From NCBI GenBank assembly GCA_021108075.1, contig JAIORP010000100.1, forward strand, positions 7,783 through 71,782: 64,000 nt of DNA, given 5' to 3'. The DNA is from Candidatus Omnitrophota bacterium (GTDB taxonomy: Bacteria > Omnitrophota > Gorgyraeia > Zapsychrales > Zapsychraceae). The notes beneath the pieces are model-generated. The model was not told the DNA's origin. It searched no databases and saw only the letters and a list, made by a program, of their open reading frames with translations. Position 1 is the first letter of the stretch. The number at the start of each line of letters is the position of its first letter. Positions 62,001 through 64,000 of this stretch are shown piece after piece. A program made the translations under genes and the position numbers.

Positions 62001-64000
62001 AGACATTGAAGCCATGAGCGACGCGGGTATCAACTGGCAAGACATTGGCGCGATGAGTGGTGCCGGTGTGAATTGGGAGGATATTGAAGCCTTGAGTGAG
62101 GCTGATATCAATTGGCAAGATATCGACATCATGAGCTCGACCGGAATTAATTGGACGAATATCGATGTGTTGTCCAGGGCAGGTATCAATTGGTCTGATA
62201 TTGATGTGCTGAGTGATTCTGGAATCAACTGGTCTGATATCGGGGTGCTTTCCGTAGCCGGCATTAATTGGAGCGATATTGACGTGCTGACTGACACGGG
62301 TATTAATTGGGAAGACGTGAAGGCGATGAGTGCCGCGGGGATTAATTGGGATGATCTTAATGTGATGAGTGATGCCTCGATCAATTGGACCAATATTGAT
62401 GAATTATCTTCAGTCGGTATTAATTGGGAAGATATGAATGTGATGAGTGACCAGGGAATCAATTGGTCAAATATCGGGGAGATGTCTTCAGCCGGTATTA
62501 ATTGGGATGACATCAACATGATGACCGAGGCTGGAGTGAATTGGGCGGATATCGGTGTTCTGAGTGGTGCCAGTATTAATTGGCAGGATATTGAACAATT
62601 AAGTGAAGCCGGGGTGAATTGGGCGGATATCAGTGTGTTTTCACAATCCGGAATCAATTGGAGTGACATTGATGTGATGAGTGACTCCGGTATTAATTGG
62701 GAGGATATTGAGGTCCTCAGTGATGCCGGAATCAATTGGGTAGATTTTGACGCATTGACTTCTATTGGTATTAATTGGACCAATATTGATGAATTATCCA
62801 AAGCCGGAATCAATTGGGACGACATTGATGTGATGAGTGATATGGGGATCAACTGGACGAATATGGGTGACTTAACCACTTCGGGTATTAATTGGAGTGA
62901 TGTGAACGTGATGAGCGACGCGGGCATCAATTGGACGAATATCGGCGAAATGTCGTCTGCAAATATCAATTGGAACGACATTGATATGATGAGCGATACA
63001 GGCATCAATTGGGAAGATATCAATGTGATGAGCGACGCAGGCGTGAACTGGTCAAACATTGGTGCGTTATCAGCGTCGGGTATCAATTGGGATGACATTG
63101 ACATCATGAGCGACGCGGGTGTGAACTGGTCCAATATTGGTGAATTGTCGTCGTCCGGCATCAATTGGGACGACATTGATGTCATGAGTGAGTCCGGCAT
63201 TAACTGGGCGAATATCGGCGCTTTATCTGCTTCTGGAATCAACTGGACAGATATCAACGTGATGAGTGACGCGGGCGTCAATTGGGCGGATATTGGGGAA
63301 TTGAGCAGTGTCGGTATTAACTGGGATGATATCCATGTCTTAAGTGATACCGGTATTAACTGGGAAGATGTTAAAGCGATGAGTCAATCCAGCATCAACT
63401 GGGATAACATCGACATGATGAGTGACGCGGGTATTAATTGGACGGATATGAACCGGCTCTCTACCGCGGGTGTTAACTGGGAAGATATTAATGCGATGAG
63501 TGACGCGGGCATCAACTGGGAAGACATTGAAGTGATGAGCGGTGCGGGCGTCAACTGGGAGGATATCGAAGTGATGAGCGACGCGGGCATCAATTGGGAA
63601 GATATCGAAGCGTTATCAGAGGCGGGCGTCAACTGGGACGATATTGAAGTGCTGTCAGAAACAGGTGTTAATTGGTCGAATATTGGGGAATTGTCCTCTT
63701 CAGGGATTAATTGGTCTAACATTGAAGTGATGAGCGGTGCGGGTATTAATTGGTCTGATATTGGGGAGCTATCTTCTGCGGGAGTTAACTGGCAGGATAT
63801 CGATGTCATGAGTGACGCGGGCATTAATTGGTCTGATATCATGACATTATCTTCGGCCGGTATTAATTGGCAAGATATTGATGTGATGAGTGATACGGGT
63901 GTGAATTGGACGGATATCGGCGAGCTATCTGCATCTGGTATCAATTGGGAAGATATCGACGTGATGAGTGACGCGGGGATCAACTGGGAAGACATTGAAG
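50014..64000 (+). CDS. Giant secreted repeat protein (>4,660 aa, runs off the window end): signal peptide, Ig-like domain, ~330 x 13-aa repeats
   Basis: My translation from ATG 50014: MRKDKKSKLQ...IFIFLFAQLPAPVFA-QYTGGSYGG..., still in the same frame at 64000 (VMSDAGINWEDIE). The ORF track lists nothing closed in this frame, consistent with no stop inside the window. Confidence 0.93.
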   Translation, partial: MRKDKKSKLQYIIHSSLRSVMIFIFLFAQLPAPVFAQYTGGSYGGDEESSLGNDIYTGGSQDDTFIGHSSQGEALSHGQAAYLVFSQMPSESSHHNSFERQPIVEIRDSNNNFVATDNTTQVTIELLSNPGNSQLIGTKTISVQGGQALYTDLQIPKPAEMYTLIATSPGLTSAISDAFNVQPGSSPRIIASWDDSANSGSGGYTLFIWLEDNSATGRVDLDNNGGNADDRCQVTIYDPDGTTQDSTFDSGGGSPTLTLDTNVEWFYSASGAWQPDLQDDSYVANVVITEDPDVANTVYSAYASLDVIKPTLEDLGDVNWDELAQIRSKTQTINWDDITAVKAQTDTINWDDIDVLVTNVADIKDVTNQLDPVDWANIQSMADAGINWDDLKILTEAGINWEDLDSLSNMNINWDDIDVLSKTGINWNDIQVLSDEGINWADIDVLTDAGINWSDIQVLSDLGVNWTDFDALTKAGLNWTDFDVMTKAGINWLDMAVMTGASVDWEEYINWSDLAVLSKANVNWDDLTALSNANVNWDDWQVLSESGINWDDLASMATASINWSDLDVMSDAGINWSDIDVLSEAGVNWLDIGVFSQAGINWADIDVLSDAGINWEDIEAMTEAGINWADIDVLSEAGINWEDIEALTAAGINWEDFESLTEAGINWEDVEVLSESGVNWLDIGELSDAGINWLDIDVMSDAGINWSDIETMSNEGVNWQDINILSDAGVNWEDIDALSEAGVNWEDIEAMSEANVNWADIAVLSSKGINWTDVDVLSDSGINWEDIRILSEAGINWEDIEVLSEAGINWSDIDVLSGTGINWSDIDVMARVGINWQDVDVLSDAGINWIDVNRLSRAGVNWEDIDLMSEAGVNWEDLEALSVAGINWQDINVLSDAGVNWEDIEVMSEAGINWEDIEVFSEAGINWQDMDVLSDSGINWQDIGVMAAAGVNWADIDVLSEAGVNWEDLEALTEAGINWSDIDVLTDAGINWEDLEVLTEAGVNWEDLELLTEAGVNWQDIGILSAAGINWEDVEAMSEAGVNWSDIDVLSDTGINWEDIEAMTESGVNWSDLDVMSEAGINWEDIEAMTEAGINWQDIDVLSDAGINWEDIELLSEAGVNWEDLEALTEAGINWSDIDVLSGAGINWEDVEALSEAGVNWQDIGMLSDAGINWEDLEVLSEAGVNWQDIGMLSDAGINWEDVDVLSGAGINWEDIEALSEAGVNWQDIGMLSDAGINWSDIDVLSGAGINWEDLEALTESGINWEDLDVMSGAGINWEDIGVLTESGVNWLDVDMMSDAGINWEDIEVLTEAGINWTDIDVMSDAGVNWTDVNRLTRAGVNWEDLGAMSSTGINWTDINMLSEAGINWQDIEVMTEAGINWLDIDVLSEAGINWEDIEVLSEAGINWEDIDVLSDAGINWQDIDILSEAGINWEDIEALTEAGINWQDVGVMSDVGVNWQDLRTLSTVGVNWEDIEVMTEAGINWQDIDVLTEAGINWEDIELMSDAGINWQDIGMFSDAGINWEDVEVLTRSGINWEDIEVLSETGINWADMGVLSGSGINWEDIEMMSEAGINWLDIDILTDAGINWEDLEVMTEAGVNWQDIDALSEAGINWEDIELMSEAGINWEDIEMMSEAGINWEDLEILTEAGINWIDIDTMSASGINWEDVGTLTEAGINWQDIGVLSDTGINWEDIHVMSKAGVNWEDIEMMSEAGINWVDIDVMSETGINWQDINALSVAGINWQDVDLLSDAGINWEDIESMSDAGVNWQDIGVLSDVGVNWEDIGVLSDAGVNWEDIEAMTEAGINWQDINALTVAGINWQDIDVLSDSGVNWEDIEAMSEAGINWTDIDALSETGINWEDIEMMSEAGVNWEDIEILSESGINWTDMNVLSLSGINWEDIEVMSDSGVNWEDIEMMSEAGVNWNDIGMLTLSGVNWQDVEVMTEAGINWLDIDMMSGAGINWEDVEALTEAGVNWSDINILSDAGINWEDIEVLTKAGVNWEDFEALSESGINWQDIEVLTEAGINWQDLDVMSGSGINWEDIEVLSEAGINWEDIEMMSEAGVNWFDIDALSDAGINWEDIEVLTKAGINWEDVEVISETGINWEDIEAMTEAGINWQDIDILSEAGVNWENIEAMTEAGINWIDIDVMSDTGINWEDIEMMSEAGVNWSDIDALSDAGINWEDIEVLSEAGINWEDVEALSEAGVNWEDIEVLSEAGINWEDIEVMSEAGVNWEDIEVLSEAGINWEDIEAMSEAGINWLDIDALSETGVNWEDIEVMTKAGVNWTDIDILSEAGINWEDVEAMSEAGINWEDIDILSEAGINWEDVEVLTESGINWQDINMLSGAGINWADIDVLSAAGINWEDIEVMTESGINWLDIEALSATGINWQDIDVLSEAGVNWEDIEIMTRAGVNWQDIDMLSDAGINWEDIEVMSEAGINWLDIDVLSEAGINWEDIEVMSEASINWADIDVLSAAGINWEDIETMSDAGINWEDIETMSEAGINWQDMDALSSAGINWQDMDVLSSAGINWLDIELMSEAGINWQDIDLLSEAGINWENIEAMTEAGINWQDIDMLSEAGINWEDVEVMSAAGINWEDVESLSEAGINWEDVEVMSEAGVNWEDIGVLSEAGVNWEDIEALSEAGINWQDIEVMSEAGINWKDIDVLSEAGINWEDIEVMTEAGINWEDIDVLSATGINWEDIKALSEAGVNWEDIDALSEAGINWEDIDVLSEAGINWEDIDVLSEAGINWEDIDVLSEAGINWEDIGVLSAAGINWEDIEVMSESGVNWADLNTMSMVGVNWSDLNYMSGVGVNWDNLTQLTNSGINWDDIGAMSDAGINWIDINEMSEAGINWTDIDVISDTGINWEDIEVLSEAGVNWEDIGVLSAAGINWEDIEVMSESGVNWADLNTMSMVGVNWSDLNYMSGVGVNWDNLTQLTNSGINWDDIGAMSDAGINWTNINDLSTAGINWNDIDVMSDTGINWTDFGQLSTSGVNWSDIGVMSDAGINWEDIDVMSSAGINWEDIETLSEAGVNWSDIDILSSAGINWEDIEVMTEAGINWYDVDALSGAGINWEDIEVMTEAGINWEDIEFLSESGINWQDIDVLSETGINWSDIQALTTSGINWKDIDVMSSAGINWQDIDVLSESNINWSNIYEMSSNGINWSDIGVMSTININWSDLQALSTASINWQDIDVLSSVGINWEDIEAMAGAGINWQDIDVLSDSGINWQDIDVMSEAGVNWADIDVLSGAGINWEDMEALTRSGVNWQDIQVLSEAGINWEDIEAMTESGINWQDIDVMSSSAINWNNIYDMTIAGVNWDDIGALSSAGINWTDIDVLSDSGVNWSNIYELSSSGVNWTDIGVMSSSGINWNDIDMLSEAGINWEDIEAMTEAGINWQDINAFSDAGINWEALEVMTEAGINWEDIEVLSEAGINWEDIESMTESGINWEDIEVLSEAGVNWSDLNTMSMVGVNWSDLNYMSGVGVNWENLTELTNSGVNWNDIGVMSDAGINWTNMNELSTSGINWEEIDVLSDAGVNWTDIEVLSKAGVNWSDVNVLSSAGVNWEDFEVMTGTGVNWEDFEVMTKAGVNWSDVDILSDAGVNWEDIEVMTESGINWQDMNILSESGINWEDIEVMTDAGVNWSDIGVLSLIGINWQDIDVLSEAGINWQDINVMSAAGINWQDINVMSDTGINWEDIEAMTKAGVNWQDIDVFSSAGINWEDIEAMSGAGINWEDIEVLSESGINWEDIEVMTEAGVNWQDINALSLAGINWEDIGVLSDAGINWSDIDVMSSSGINWSNINDLTQSGINWSDIDVMSDTGINWTNIGELSSAGINWDDIDIMSDAGVNWTDINRLSKAGINWEDINILSDAGINWEDIEVMSETGINWEDIEVMSESGINWEDIEVMSEAGVNWEDIELLSETGINWLNIGELSSSGVNWEDIDVMSGSGINWADIGALSSAGINWEDINVFSDTGINWEDIEAMSDAGINWQDIGAMSGAGVNWEDIEALSEADINWQDIDIMSSTGINWTNIDVLSRAGINWSDIDVLSDSGINWSDIGVLSVAGINWSDIDVLTDTGINWEDVKAMSAAGINWDDLNVMSDASINWTNIDELSSVGINWEDMNVMSDQGINWSNIGEMSSAGINWDDINMMTEAGVNWADIGVLSGASINWQDIEQLSEAGVNWADISVFSQSGINWSDIDVMSDSGINWEDIEVLSDAGINWVDFDALTSIGINWTNIDELSKAGINWDDIDVMSDMGINWTNMGDLTTSGINWSDVNVMSDAGINWTNIGEMSSANINWNDIDMMSDTGINWEDINVMSDAGVNWSNIGALSASGINWDDIDIMSDAGVNWSNIGELSSSGINWDDIDVMSESGINWANIGALSASGINWTDINVMSDAGVNWADIGELSSVGINWDDIHVLSDTGINWEDVKAMSQSSINWDNIDMMSDAGINWTDMNRLSTAGVNWEDINAMSDAGINWEDIEVMSGAGVNWEDIEVMSDAGINWEDIEALSEAGVNWDDIEVLSETGVNWSNIGELSSSGINWSNIEVMSGAGINWSDIGELSSAGVNWQDIDVMSDAGINWSDIMTLSSAGINWQDIDVMSDTGVNWTDIGELSASGINWEDIDVMSDAGINWEDIE
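51127..64000 (+). repeat. Coding tandem repeat, 39-bp unit (G-[IV]-N-W-x-[DN]-I-x-x-[LM]-[ST]-x-x)
   Basis: TGG codons at 51544 and 63985 are exactly 319 x 39 nt apart; 11 more Trp codons at 39-nt spacing from 51136 to 51526. Confidence 0.97.
58327..58918 (+). repeat. 241-bp near-identical direct repeat inside the array (offset 351 bp = 9 units)
   Basis: 58327-58567 vs 58678-58918, one synonymous mismatch seen; a diverged third copy starts near 60427. Confidence 0.9.

Noticed and set aside
51381-63995. Long minus-strand ORFs (2219 aa, 930 aa and others) with SSQLIPAS repeats
   Set aside because: Antisense shadows of the + strand repeat gene. They are broken by stops, whereas the + frame is continuous, has a signal peptide and matches the orientation of all neighbouring genes
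51127-64000. 39-bp periodic array as a possible CRISPR array
   Set aside because: No constant repeat with unique spacers; variation is codon-structured; no cas genes in the window

Overview
Bacterial chromosomal window in which every gene I can support lies on the + strand. Gene content suggests Candidatus Omnitrophota or a similar lineage, but that is inference. Left to right it holds: envelope and hypothetical genes; carbon metabolism (pfkA, glgP); a chemosensory cluster (cheW, cheV, PilZ, atypical MCP, cheR, cheB, a receiver pseudogene, dual-Hpt cheA, cheD, cheC, cheY, hybrid kinase); purU, xseAB and tRNA-Arg(UCG); the glycine cleavage operon; and a glycosyltransferase cluster. The most striking part is 42.4-64 kb: an ExeA-like ATPase, a GspC/PilP-like protein, a secretin and a TPR protein, then two paralogous secreted FGE-fold (C-type-lectin-like) proteins lacking the catalytic cysteines, then a giant ORF missing from the supplied track. 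That ORF starts at 50014, is still open at 64000 (>4,660 aa), and encodes a signal peptide, an Ig-like domain and about 330 tandem 13-aa repeats (consensus GINWEDIEVMSEA) with an invariant Trp and extreme acidity. The long minus-strand ORFs there are its antisense shadows. The window also has four copies of a ~102-bp MITE-like element with 3-bp TNA target duplications (one inside the receiver pseudogene), a second TIR element beside the tRNA, and a cluster of IS200/IS605-like palindromes.
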